A stretch of 60,150 nucleotides of DNA, filler included, from Nemertoderma westbladi (lineage: Eukaryota > Animalia > Xenacoelomorpha), in assembly GCA_032718475.1 (NCBI GenBank). It is 4 parts of 4 records of this genome, joined end to end, with 100 filler letters (N's around TTAATTAATTAA, not from the genome) between each part and the next. Parts side by side here need not be neighbours in the genome. Positions count along the whole stretch, not along the records: positions 1 to 26,547 come from JAUCBJ010000690.1; 3 more parts are not named here. One strand, 5' to 3'. This document shows, one piece after another, positions 1 to 10,460 of the stretch (positions within the stretch are counted from its first letter, which is position 1; every line of letters begins with the position of its first letter). The notes beneath the pieces are model-generated. The model was not told the origin of the DNA. It saw only the letters and a list, made by a program, of their open reading frames with translations, and made no database searches. The translations under genes and the position numbers were made by a program.

Positions 1-2
1 GT

Positions 3-1781
3 TTCTCTAAACTCTTCGTCGTCGTGTTCGGTGTGTAGTGGTGCGGTGTTCCGATGACGTAGATTCTGCGCGATGGGTGAAGCACTAATACCAACTGGCG
101 TGCGATATGTAGAGAACGGTTTAGCGATCCGTGTACTCGTAATAGCTGGACCGGGTATAGGAATTCTGGTCGTCGTCGACTCGCGTATAGTCGGAGTTCT
201 CGCTTCCTGTTCGGCCTTCTGCAGTGCGAACAGTTCTCGCAACTCTGTCCCTACACTCGCCCCACATTCTTCGATCATTCGCATCCCCTTCTCGGCGATT
301 TCATTCGCCTTCCTAGTCCGTTCTTCGCTCTCTAAACTTAATCTCGCACTTTCCAACTGCGCCAGTTTACGTTCTTCTTCTTCCCTCGCTCGTCTCGCTG
401 CGCCCTCTTCTTCCACACGCGCCTTCTCTTCATACAACGCTTGTCGCTCCTTGTCGATCTCGAGTTCGCGTTCCTTGCGTTCGCGTTCAAGTTCGAGCTC
501 ACGTTTCTTCTGTTCGCGTTCGAGCTGGAGTTCGCGTTCCTTCTGCTCGCGTTCAAGTTCGAGTTCGCGTTCCTTGCGCTCGCGTTCAAGTTCGAGTTCA
601 CGTTCCTTCTGCTCGCGTTCCGCTCGCTCACGCTTACCTTTCTCTTCCAACTCTCGCAACTTCGTGTCTAACTTACGTGTTCGTTCCCGTTCCCGCTCGG
701 CTTCCTTCCGTGCTTCCGATGCACGCAAAACTTCCGCCTGCTGTTCGTCCAGTCGGCGTCTTCTCTCCTCCGCCGAGTTGTGCGAAACAAGGGATCTAGC
801 ACATATAACCTTACCTCGCGCGTGACTAACCTGGGAATCGCCGCTGTTTCTGGATGCGTCGTCGGGTGGAGTCAACGTCCTCTGTTGGATGTTCTCCGTC
901 GTCGGTAGCACCTGACCCGGTACCACCACTCCATTCTGCATCAGCCAGCTAGTAACTTCCCTCTGATAACGGCGCTCTTCTTTATCCTGGATCTCTTCTC
1001 GCTCCACTAAGTCTCTTAACTCTGCGTCACTCACTTGAGTCGCCTGCGCTTGTGATGTCCATAGCAGCCAGTTCTCCGTCCTAACTCGTCGGAATCGCTC
1101 CGACAACTCGCGGTGCTCCAACAAGGCTGCTAAAACCCTGTCGTAAATCCTCGTCGCCACGTCGCTCGACTGAGACTCTACTGCCTTCTTCGCTAGGACT
1201 GCAAGCTCCTCCGTCTGCTTGAATAATGCTGAGTTATATCCTCTTCTAATCTCTACTAACTCTACCCTCCCGATGTTGGCTGAGTCAGCTAACATCTTCC
1301 TTACCTTGTCCGCCGTCCGGGTTATATGTCCGGCATGCGCGCGAAGTTTCTTCTTCATCGCAGTGTCGAACTCTCTATCACTTACCTGACTTACGCTCGG
1401 TGGACTTGAAGGGTTATTTCGGGAACTACGGGTACTCCTTACAGCCGTCGGGACCACGGCACTTACCATACCCACAGGTCTGGAAACCGGGCTCCGGGCT
1501 CTCGCTTCTGCTACACTACCCTCCCTATCACTCACCTCTGTCCGGGCTGCCGTACAGTCCTTCCTTACAGTAGCGGTAGGGGATCCTAATACTATTACTT
1601 GAGGTTGTTGTTCTTCCTCACTAGTCACTGTCTCGTCCTCCTGTTCACTTACGTCAGCGTCGCTCGCTGCGTCGTCATAGTCGGCATTGTCGTCAACAGT
1701 AATATTTACGCTATCGTCAGTCGGCGGTCCAGCCGCCGTCTCGTAGCTGTCCTCTAGTGCCTCTTTGTCTGAGACACTCAT
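3..1781 (-). CDS. Gag-like N-terminal part of an LTR-retrotransposon polyprotein, running off the left window edge (at least 593 codons)
   Basis: ATG at 1781 (MSVSDKEALEDSYETAAG...) and read open by eye toward the edge. It is absent from the ORF track, consistent with no stop inside the window. Acidic N-terminus, KKKLRAHAGHITR motif (BEL/Pao-like gag start), long E/R/K coiled-coil repeat (ERKERELELE). Lies downstream of an LTR plus PBS. Confidence 0.8.
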   Translation of the reverse strand, partial: MSVSDKEALEDSYETAAGPPTDDSVNITVDDNADYDDAASDADVSEQEDETVTSEEEQQPQVIVLGSPTATVRKDCTAARTEVSDREGSVAEARARSPVSRPVGMVSAVVPTAVRSTRSSRNNPSSPPSVSQVSDREFDTAMKKKLRAHAGHITRTADKVRKMLADSANIGRVELVEIRRGYNSALFKQTEELAVLAKKAVESQSSDVATRIYDRVLAALLEHRELSERFRRVRTENWLLWTSQAQATQVSDAELRDLVEREEIQDKEERRYQREVTSWLMQNGVVVPGQVLPTTENIQQRTLTPPDDASRNSGDSQVSHARGKVICARSLVSHNSAEERRRRLDEQQAEVLRASEARKEAERERERTRKLDTKLRELEEKGKRERAEREQKERELELERERKERELELEREQKERELQLEREQKKRELELERERKERELEIDKERQALYEEKARVEEEGAARRAREEEERKLAQLESARLSLESEERTRKANEIAEKGMRMIEECGASVGTELRELFALQKAEQEARTPTIRESTTTRIPIPGPAITSTRIAKPFSTYRTPVGISASPIAQNLRHRNTAPLHTEHDDEEFRE

Positions 1782-4010
1782 AGTCTAAATAATATTTGCC
1801 TTCCGGCAAAAATATCTCGCAAAATTCGAGATATAATTATAATTTAACCGAAATACGGTCAAATTAATTGTCAAATAATCAGTTGGTCCAAATGTCAAAA
1901 TAAATTCGCAATGCAATATTGTGAATTTAATGGGGTATATAGTTATAGCAAATACTAGCACAATATTTAAACAAAATATTATTATATAGCTATTATATAG
2001 CATTAAATACCGGTATAGCACAAAATAACTTTGAATCTAATACAAAATATTCAAAATATACTTGCCGCCCGAATATTTCTAATTTTATATATATATAGCT
2101 CTAATCAACGTAATTTTAATTTCAAATATTATTATGTATCCACTAGCGCGTGGCTACATCTTCGGGTTGCGACTCTCTAACTCTCTCTCTAACTTGAGCG
2201 ATTCAAAAAACCATGGCCGGCTAAACCTAAATATCCTAACTAATAAATTGAGTTCAGCTTCGCAGTTAAACAACCGATAATTTTTTACTGCTTCCACAAA
2301 CACACTGGTGCCAACAGAACAACTAACCTTGTTTGCTGTGAGATTCCACGTCCGCGTCCAAAGATTCAGGCCCTTCGCTGATTGCAAACCGAACCCGCAG
2401 ACCCACACGAACCCCAAACTCAGAAGTTCCGTCTTGCCATGTATCTCCAGATGGTATAAAATAACTAAGCGGTTACTTAACATACCGGTACAAAACTCTA
2501 GAATTTTACGAAATAATTTTGACCGAAAACTGAATTCTCGCAAACCTAGCTAAAAATTTCAAAAAACTTACTAATTACAATTTGCCCTAAGGCCTAAGGA
2601 ACTGCTGTATTCGCAATTAGCAAAAACGCACTACCGTACATCCACTGTATGCAGTACAGTAAGTAAAACAGTACACCAACCTAACAGCCTAATGATACTG
2701 TGTGTGGTACGGCAAAACAAATGTCCCTTCTACCGTACGCAGTAACAGCAATCAGCCTAATGTACTACTGTACTATCGTACGCAACTAGTGAATACAGTA
2801 ATCTAAACTAACAGTAGTCTAAACTAACAGCCTAAGAATACTCTATCTGCCTTACTGTACGCAGTACAGCAAAGCAATAGACGCGTATTACTGATAAACA
2901 ACCGCGACCTCTATACTAACAGCAGAACTGTTGAACAGACAAATACTGGTATACTTCTCTGCCAACCTAATAAGTTCCCGCCTAACCAATAAGACACAAA
3001 GACTGCTCTACTGTTAAGTAAAGGGGATCAGGAGCGTGCTATTACTAAATTGTAAGGGTTGCTAAATACAAAACCGCTACTTACCGTTAGATGGCGCTAA
3101 TCTGCCGTCCACTAATATATTTTACTAATTTTACACAACTCCTGCAAAATCGCTTGTTCCTTTCTCTACCGATTGCTCGATAGAGAGCTAACTGTTCGAA
3201 TCTATGAGCCACGCGGGAATAACCAAAACAATAAACCCGAGTCGGCTCCCTAAGCTTACTTAAGACGAGTGCGAGAGGCCTTGCACTCAGAGTATTCTTA
3301 CGCCTAATTTTATCACTATTAAAGCACGCTATTACCTACGTCTTTCTAATCGCGAATACTGGAGGTTCCCTAACGTAATGTGTGAATGCGAGAATATTTA
3401 AAATATCAAAATGGTACAGTATCTGTTTCTACGTGGATAATACCACCCCGGGTCTAAAACTGCCCGCGACTGGCTTTAGGCCAGCAAAATTACTAGCGTA
3501 TCGTGCGTACCGAATAGTGCGTTCTAGCTGATTGCCCACTAATGCAAATAACCGCTCAGCGTGAATAGTTTACAGTACACTAATTATTACCTTAGCTACT
3601 CTCCGCTATGCTGCGTACTAATTCTTAATTTTTTACTAATTAATTACAGTCACGAATATTTAACAGCGTACTAATTACTAAGAGTTCCAGAATACGTAAT
3701 TCTAATTTATCACGCAACAGGTTTCGATAGTAATAGCCTAAATTGCCGTATTACTTTGACCTAATCAATAACTAATTATTGTAACTAAGAAATAGAAATC
3801 AATCAAAAGAAAAGAGCGCCTATCTAAGCATTCGTAATCTTAGGCACACTTCAATAACACCAATCAGCGTTAGAAATCACAGTTTACAATTGTGCAATTC
3901 ACTACTCGTACTCCACACTCAACGTTTTAATACGCGCAGGCCTCTCCCAGGTACATCTAGGATTCCTAACTAACCCAATTCCTGCCCCCCTAATACCAAA
4001 TAGAGACAAA

Positions 4011-4031
4011 ATCTGGATCATCAGCCCCCTA
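4011..4031 (-). promoter_or_regulatory. Primer-binding-site-like sequence resembling a degenerate tRNA-Pro PBS
   Basis: Minus strand TAGGGGGCTGATGATCCAGAT, a few nt after the LTR end. Partial match to TGGGGGCTCGTCCGGGAT. Confidence 0.45.
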
Positions 4032-4036
4032 ATTAC

Positions 4037-5262
4037 TGTACCGGCGATCGGTCTGCGTGCCGCAGTGCAAGTTACCCGCCCGCAACGGTGACCCTGGCCA
4101 GCGTTGCTCGCTTTGAATCCTCCGCTCTCTCCTAGTCGCTCAACCCCCCGATGCGCCCACCGCCCACTGGCACCTTAGCTCTCCATGATGCTAATAGCTA
4201 CCGTAGCGGCGCATGCAAATCACAAAGTCTGACAGTCTCAGAATCCCTTAGGATTATTGCGCAGAAAAGAATCACATAGAACCATTAATCAAAGGTAGAA
4301 ATCATAGTTCAATTGTAATTAGCAGCAATCAAAGGAATTATTGAGAAACACAAGCAAGTAATCGCACTAGCAAATCATTTCACGAAATTAATCAAATTAG
4401 CAAATTGCAGAAAGTATCAAGAAAAAACAGCAAGACAGGTGCTAGGGCTAGGTGTCATGTGATGAGTTGATGAGGCTCTACCGGCACACCGCCAATTTAT
4501 AGGTGATCCGGATGGGGTGATGCAATAGGGTGACTCAATCGCTTTCTTATTGGCTCTCCAGTCCGTGCTAGCACTAGACCAACCTGGAAGCAGCTAGTCC
4601 AATAAGGAGGCCGGATTGTAGCCCTATTTGCTCCCCTTCCTCGAATTATTACCATATATGGTAATGGTTCACGTCTCTGGCTGCTGAATGGCCAGGACAG
4701 CGTCCCTATATGCTAGCCCTACTAAAGCTAATATCAGCAAGCACTGAATCCAGGGTCCGAATAAACTTACCCTGGAACTATCTACATATAACCTAATACA
4801 AAATTACGTAGGTAGGGCTACATACTATACAAAATGGATGGTTTCAAATATATGGGCGTTTTGATTTCCCTACCTAAATACCACTGCGTTATTATGCCTT
4901 ATCTAAAATATCATGCTGCACAACGGACTAATATTACGTACAGTATAACGGACTAATATTGCATACTGCATAACGGACTAATATTGCATACTGCATAACG
5001 GACTAATAATGTGGATACAGCGCCATATACCGTAACATAAAACATAACGTATTTACTTTAATACGCGCCCTGACTCCGGTACCCTGGCTCAAATAAACAC
5101 CCCGGCTTCGATCATCCAAAACTAACTTAAACGCCCTCCTCGAATAACACCCTGAATGGTGTTTACCTTTACTAATATTACAATGTCGAAATGCAAATGT
5201 AATTAATACAATCGCATTAATTAATAACCAGCTTCTTAGAAAATGACAACCTCAGAGGTACA
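4037..5262 (-). repeat. Putative 5' LTR (about 1.2 kb)
   Basis: TGTACC...GGTACA inverted termini. Minus-strand TATAAA near 4496-4501 with a CCAAT box just upstream near 4550. Directly followed by a PBS-like sequence. Confidence 0.6.
4922..5008. repeat. 25-bp tandem repeat (about 3.5 copies) inside the LTR
   Basis: AACGGACTAAT recurs at 4922, 4947, 4972 and 4997. Confidence 0.85.
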
Positions 5263-5354
5263 TTATGTATAATAAATAATATATAAGTTTTTATAAGGTA
5301 GCGGTATATATAAATAATAATTTTCTCTGCGATAGCGATTTAGGGATTATATAC

Positions 5355-5582
5355 CTTTTTACTTTTGGGCGGTTCCTGCGCTTTGTTTAGGATGGTCTCG
5401 AGACATTCAGTGAGTCGTTGTCGTATAGCAGTATCCTCGGGGGAGGGGTAGCACTCGAGTAGTCGGAGAAGTTTTACCGAGAGCCACGGGGCTGGTACGA
5501 AGTAGTAGGTGTAGTCCTGTAGGTCCGTGTAGCTGGAGGTAACGATACGGCTGAGACGGGAGACGGACAGTGAGACGCAACC
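5355..5582 (-). CDS. AP2A: AP-2 complex subunit alpha (alpha-adaptin), coding exon 2
   Basis: 76 codons, [50 protein letters not shown]...[15 protein letters not shown] acceptor at 5585-5583 and GT donor at 5354, phase 0/0. Confidence 0.96.
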
Positions 5583-5892
5583 CTGGCAGAAAAAAATAAA
5601 GCTGTCAGTGACACAACTAACTGTAGAAAGTAAATGTTTTTTTAGTTTTTGAATTAAATTTATATGAAATAGGCCTACATATTTTTTAAATAGTTTTTTA
5701 AATATTTACAATGCTGATAAGAGCTAAGAAACCTAAGATGTGGTGAAAATCGATGGAAGAAATAAAACTGATGTCTAGTCACTTCTACCAACTTACAAAT
5801 TTTGACCAATTACTTAATGAAATTTAATGTTGGTCCATCGCATATATTTAGGCAGGCCGGTCTGCCTGTAACGTAAATATTAGGATTATTAC

Positions 5893-6558
5893 CTTGTACT
5901 CCTCTGCTGATTTCTGTACCAAAGCCTGTATGATAGACGTCGCAGCAGTAACAACTCCCATGTGCTGGTCGTTGAGTAGATGTATGATGCGTTGCTTCCA
6001 TTCCCCGTCCCGGACGCAATCCGGCGAGACGCGAAGTATGCGCAGCAGACAGAGAGCCGCGGACTGTTTAACAGAATCCGTAGTGTCCCCGGACGTCAAC
6101 ATCCGCGGGATTTCAGACCCGAACGCGTCGCACATCTCGCGCTCAGCAATATTCGCGATGCAATGCAACGCGAGGTTAATGAAAATCGGATTCCTGGAGT
6201 GAAGATCGTTGCGGATGTTATTAATAATTAACTTAATCAACTCGCTCTCGGAACTTATAAGAACCGAGATGAACAGATAACCGATCTGTTTCTCTGAATA
6301 TCTGTTAGACGATAGTAAGTTAACAGCCTCCATGTGCCCGAAATCGATATCATGACCGAGAAGAAATATAAACAATAATTTACAAACATATTTCTTCTTC
6401 TGATAGCCGTCTAGAGTTTTATCTCCTTTGAATTTGGAGCGAATGTTTGCGAGTTCCTTGTTTATCCGTTTCGTTTCGGCTTCTTTACTTTTACAGTTAC
6501 GGATATCGGATATAAAGACGGCGAGGCCGCGCATTCCTTCACCTTTAACTGCTGGCAT
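5893..6558 (-). CDS. AP2A: AP-2 complex subunit alpha (alpha-adaptin), coding exon 1
   Basis: [28 protein letters not shown]...[25 protein letters not shown] is the canonical alpha-adaptin N-terminus. 222 codons, then a GTAATA donor and a 310-bp intron to exon 2. Confidence 0.97.
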
Positions 6559-6783
6559 GTTGAAACGGCTATTTAATGCTAAATAATGGGATTTAGGCCA
6601 GTAGGCTGCTGTTAGTTAAGTTAATAATGCTGTATGCTGTACAAGGACTACAAGGCAGCAAGGTACAACTGTCAGACTGTCTACTTTCTGCACTGACAGA
6701 CTGACTGCTTCCTGACTGCAAAAATGCATCAGCTTTTGGTCTGGTTTTGGTCAGGTCTGGCTGGCCGCTCGGTAGGCCTACGG

Positions 6784-8497
6784 CCAGGTTGGAATTCATG
6801 CTGCAAAACTCGGACGCGTACCTGCGCGAATGACCGCAAACCAGATGCGCGTTGCGCGTTTGGGTGAGACAGGTGCGCGTTCGGGTGTGAGACAGGTGCG
6901 CGTTGCGCCTCAGCGCGCAGCTCTGCCTCTGATGCGCACCACAAATTAATTGAAATCACGAAAATACACAAAAAAATTTCGCTCGCTCCGCTCGCATTCG
7001 TTTCTCATTTCCAATTCTTCAAACAGTCAAATCACTTCACCATAATACTGTAATACCGGCAACCGGAGCTGAATTTGTCTATTTATTTTAACTACAGTAC
7101 TCTATTGTTGTATTGTTATTAGGTCTATGCTATGCCGATGTTACGTTAGTAAACAGGTAAAGTCAGAAAGTAACAATGTATTATAAGTATGACTTAATTA
7201 TAAGCCAACTGTATGTTTAAGCCTAATTGTTAGGTAGGCCTATACAAAGTATTATTGGCAGACTGGTACCTATTTCAATATTCGTTTTTTTGAAATTACC
7301 GGTACATGTTTTGTTTGTAATCTAAAATAATATTTTCTGTTATAAAAGCAGTGAGCCCGATGGGCCACCATAGTAGTGGATAGGGCTCGATCGGAGCTCC
7401 GGCCTCCGGCTCCGGCTCCGGCCATTTTGGCACCTCCGGCTCCTGCTCCGGCTCCGGTAAAAATATTGCCGGAGTTAATTTTTTAATAAAGTATTATATT
7501 TCGTGCATATTCTAATCTGAACAATTATTTACACTAAGTACTGAAGTAAGTACTGTAGTACAGCTTCAATATCAAGCATAATACCGGTACTGCAGTACTG
7601 CAGTATTACTTAAAGTCAATGACTGACTGACTGTACTGCAGTACTGGTACTGGCCAGCTGGCAGGCTGGCTGACTAGCAGACTATTACAGACAGACAGAT
7701 AGGCCCTACTGTAAAAAATTGTAAATGCTATGAATGTACACTGTAGCTGTACCACTGCAGCCATTTACTGCTGTCATGCCATGCCAGCATACTGTACTGC
7801 AGTACTGGTACAAGTACGGTAGGTAGGCTACCTACAGTAACAGTACACACCTCTACCACAGTTCAGCAGTTAGTGAGTTAGGTACTGTAGGTAATATTTA
7901 GCCGTCAGCGTCAGGCCGTCTGTCCGTGATAACTTAATTAATTACCTGTACTTAAATTTTAAATTGAAAATTCGTAAATCTATAAATTATGAAATTAATT
8001 AGACCTACAGTATGATTGATTATGAGCGATTGGCGAACGATAACCATACTTTATTTTTTTTAAATAAATAATTAAATTTTTACAATTTTTGAAAAACTCC
8101 GGCTCCTGCTCCGGCTCCGGCCAAATTGTCCAACTCCGGCTCCTGCTCCGGCTCCGGCCAAATCCAAACTCCGATCGAGCCCTAGTAGTGGATTAAAAAA
8201 ATATTTTTTAATATTAACAATTTTGATGTTGCAAAAATTACATTTATTATGTAAGCCTAGATTCAACGTACAGACAGACAGACGTAAAGATAAGCTTAAA
8301 ACGCTCAAACTTGTAAAATAGGAATGTAAAATTGTTCTTATGAACTGTGCGATTTTTTGAGATATGCATGACATGAGCTGCGCGATTTTGTTTGGATTAT
8401 GACATATGATGAGGTGCGCGACGAGCCAATTTCAGGTGCGCGGTGATTTCAAAACAACAAAGCGTACCTGCGCGCTCATGCATGAATTCCAACCTGG
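6784..8497. mobile_element. Non-autonomous DNA transposon with 8-bp TSD (hAT-like)
   Basis: Perfect 18-bp TIR CCAGGTTGGAATTCATGC/GCATGAATTCCAACCTGG. TSD GCCTACGG at 6776-6783 and 8498-8505. Subterminal CAGGTGCGCG-type repeats. Confidence 0.88.
7381..8184. mobile_element. Non-autonomous hAT element nested in the previous one
   Basis: TIR TAGGGCTCGATCGGAG/CTCCGATCGAGCCCTA. TSD GTAGTGGA at 7373-7380 and 8185-8192. Subterminal (CTCCGG)n arrays at both ends. Confidence 0.9.
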
Positions 8498-9149
8498 GCC
8501 TACGGTACGTCAGTCAATCCTGCAATCAGTACGTATTTCTGTAGTACAGTCTGACAGTAGTACAATTTGACAATAGTAAAAAGGCACAGACTGACAGAGC
8601 AAAGAGGATATTAAAGTGGATTTCAAAGCAGACAGGCAGAAGCTTGTACGTCTCATTCCTGCATTCCTCAGTTCCTGGCCCTGAGACTGCCTGGCACCTG
8701 GGATTCCAATCTAATCAGGAAGACCTGGATCGATCCCTAGATGGCAGATGGTGCAGCATTATTTGGGTAGCCTACACCAACCTGCCAACTGACCAAATTG
8801 TTACTGTATTTACATCAAGGTGTGATTTACATACAGTAACAGTAGGCAGTAGTGCTTTAAACAGTTAAATACTGCAGCCTATCCCAACCCTGGCTTTCAT
8901 CCTTTACTCAATTATGGACAGACGCAAACAAGTTAAAAAACATCCCCCGGCTGCCTGGTTAAAACGTACCGGTAGTACCCAAACAAAAACGTACCCGAAT
9001 ACTGGGTATGCTGGTATGTCTGCATGTTTTACTGTTTTAAAAATGACACACTGATGCACTGGCTGACTGGGTAGGGTAGGTTTTGGCTGTTTGGTTTTGC
9101 CTGTTTGCTGTATTGGTAGTACAAAAATAAACAGCAAAAATAAACTAAC

Positions 9150-9260
9150 CTGTGCTATTGACTCTCGTTTATTGTTTTGGTTAGATTAATTCTTAACTGA
9201 CTGTCAGTCGAGGTCAAACGTAACTCAGATCCCGATCAATAACGTACCCATATTTCCGGT
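9150..9260 (-). promoter_or_regulatory. Candidate non-coding first exon or promoter of AP2A
   Basis: Minus-strand CACAG|GTTAGT donor at 9150/9149 (the same GTTAG donor is used twice by PC2). CCGGAA ETS-like site near 9255-9260. AG acceptor candidates lie about 10-20 nt before the AP2A ATG. Inference only. Confidence 0.3.
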
Positions 9261-9279
9261 ACGTTTTAACTAAATCAGC

Positions 9280-10460
9280 CTAAATAATCGACGTACAGAC
9301 GTAGTGGGTGGCGTCGATCTGTGCTCTCGGGCCGAGGCCCAAGCAGAACCGAACGCACTTATGCTGAAGGGCCTCGAGCTGTTGGCGAAGTCTGACCGAG
9401 ATAGTGAAGAACCATGTAGAGGCTGCATAGTCAAGATGTGGTTGGATAAGAGAGTTACAGAGCATTCTACACGGGGATTGGTCGAGTATGGACCCATTTG
9501 CGATGTAGAAACTTTAGTCTGGTGTTTCCAGTGCTTTGTTGCCTTGTGCCAGTGCTGATTTGTTTTCAGTGCACAATTGAAAAACCCAGTCCATAGTATT
9601 ACTCAGTGATATAGATATACTTTTTGAACAATTATCACTCTGTCACTGTAGGCTAAGGCTGTGTCATTGGCAAAAATGGGTGCTAATGTTTCGTCTTCAA
9701 TAACCTGCGGAAAGTCATTTGTATCGCTGATGTAGAGCAGATCACCGAGAATGGAACCCTGGGGAACCCCATTGTCGTTTGGCAGGTGGCTGGAATGCGT
9801 TTCGCCTATGGAAACATATTGTTTTCGATTTGACAGATAAGATTCAAACCAGTTACGGGTGTTCTGTGTAGCTCCCATTGCCCCAAGCTTTTCTATGTTA
9901 GTTTGGTGATCCACACAATCAAATGCTTTACTTAAGCAAATTAGCACCATTCCAGTAAGCAGTCCTTTATCGATGGACATGCGTATATGATTGTCTAATA
10001 ACAAAAGCGAAGACTCAGTTGAATATCCTTGCCAATAAACTAGACTGTAACGAGTTTATAATGTTAATGGAAACCAAGTAATACTGTACATCCATTATCA
10101 ATTGGTCGTATATGATGCATACTAGAATTTTCGAAAGTATTGGTAGCAAAGAAATTGGCTGAAAGTTGCCACGAACTAGGTTGGATCCTTTTTTCTTGTA
10201 GGTTGGATTTAGATGAGCGATTTTATAGATTTGTGGGAATGTCGAGGTCTCAATGGATATTACTGATATTACGGATAATTATCAATGGCGTTACTAATGA
10301 GTCCAGCCCGTCTCTAATAACTCTACCCGGGATAGAGTCAGGACCAGTGGCTTTGTTTTAATGTCGATGTTCTGGAATATTTTAGTCACCTCGGATACAG
10401 TCACTGTGTGTAACATGAATGCGTTCCCAACAACCCCTTGTTTTTCGTAATATGCTATTG
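9280..10460 (-). mobile_element. Degenerate L2/CR1-group LINE reverse transcriptase fragment
   Basis: LSKAFDCVDH, WFESYLSNRKQYV, GVPQGSILG and LIQPHLDYAASTW motifs, with frameshifts and deletions. Same group as 53990-55416. Confidence 0.85.

Larger units (their letters stand above)
1..5262 (-). mobile_element. LTR retrotransposon (BEL/Pao- or Gypsy-type), 5' part, inserted in sense orientation in an AP2A intron
   Basis: Minus-strand order is LTR (5262-4037), PBS-like sequence, about 2.2 kb leader, then the gag-like ORF. It starts 92 bp after the AP2A exon-2 donor. The 3' LTR and TSD are outside the window. Confidence 0.7.

Noticed and set aside
73-825. 250-aa Ser/Arg-rich plus-strand ORF (and ORFs 338-631, 441-671)
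   Set aside because: These are antisense or off-frame shadows of the E/R/K repeat in the minus-strand gag-like ORF.
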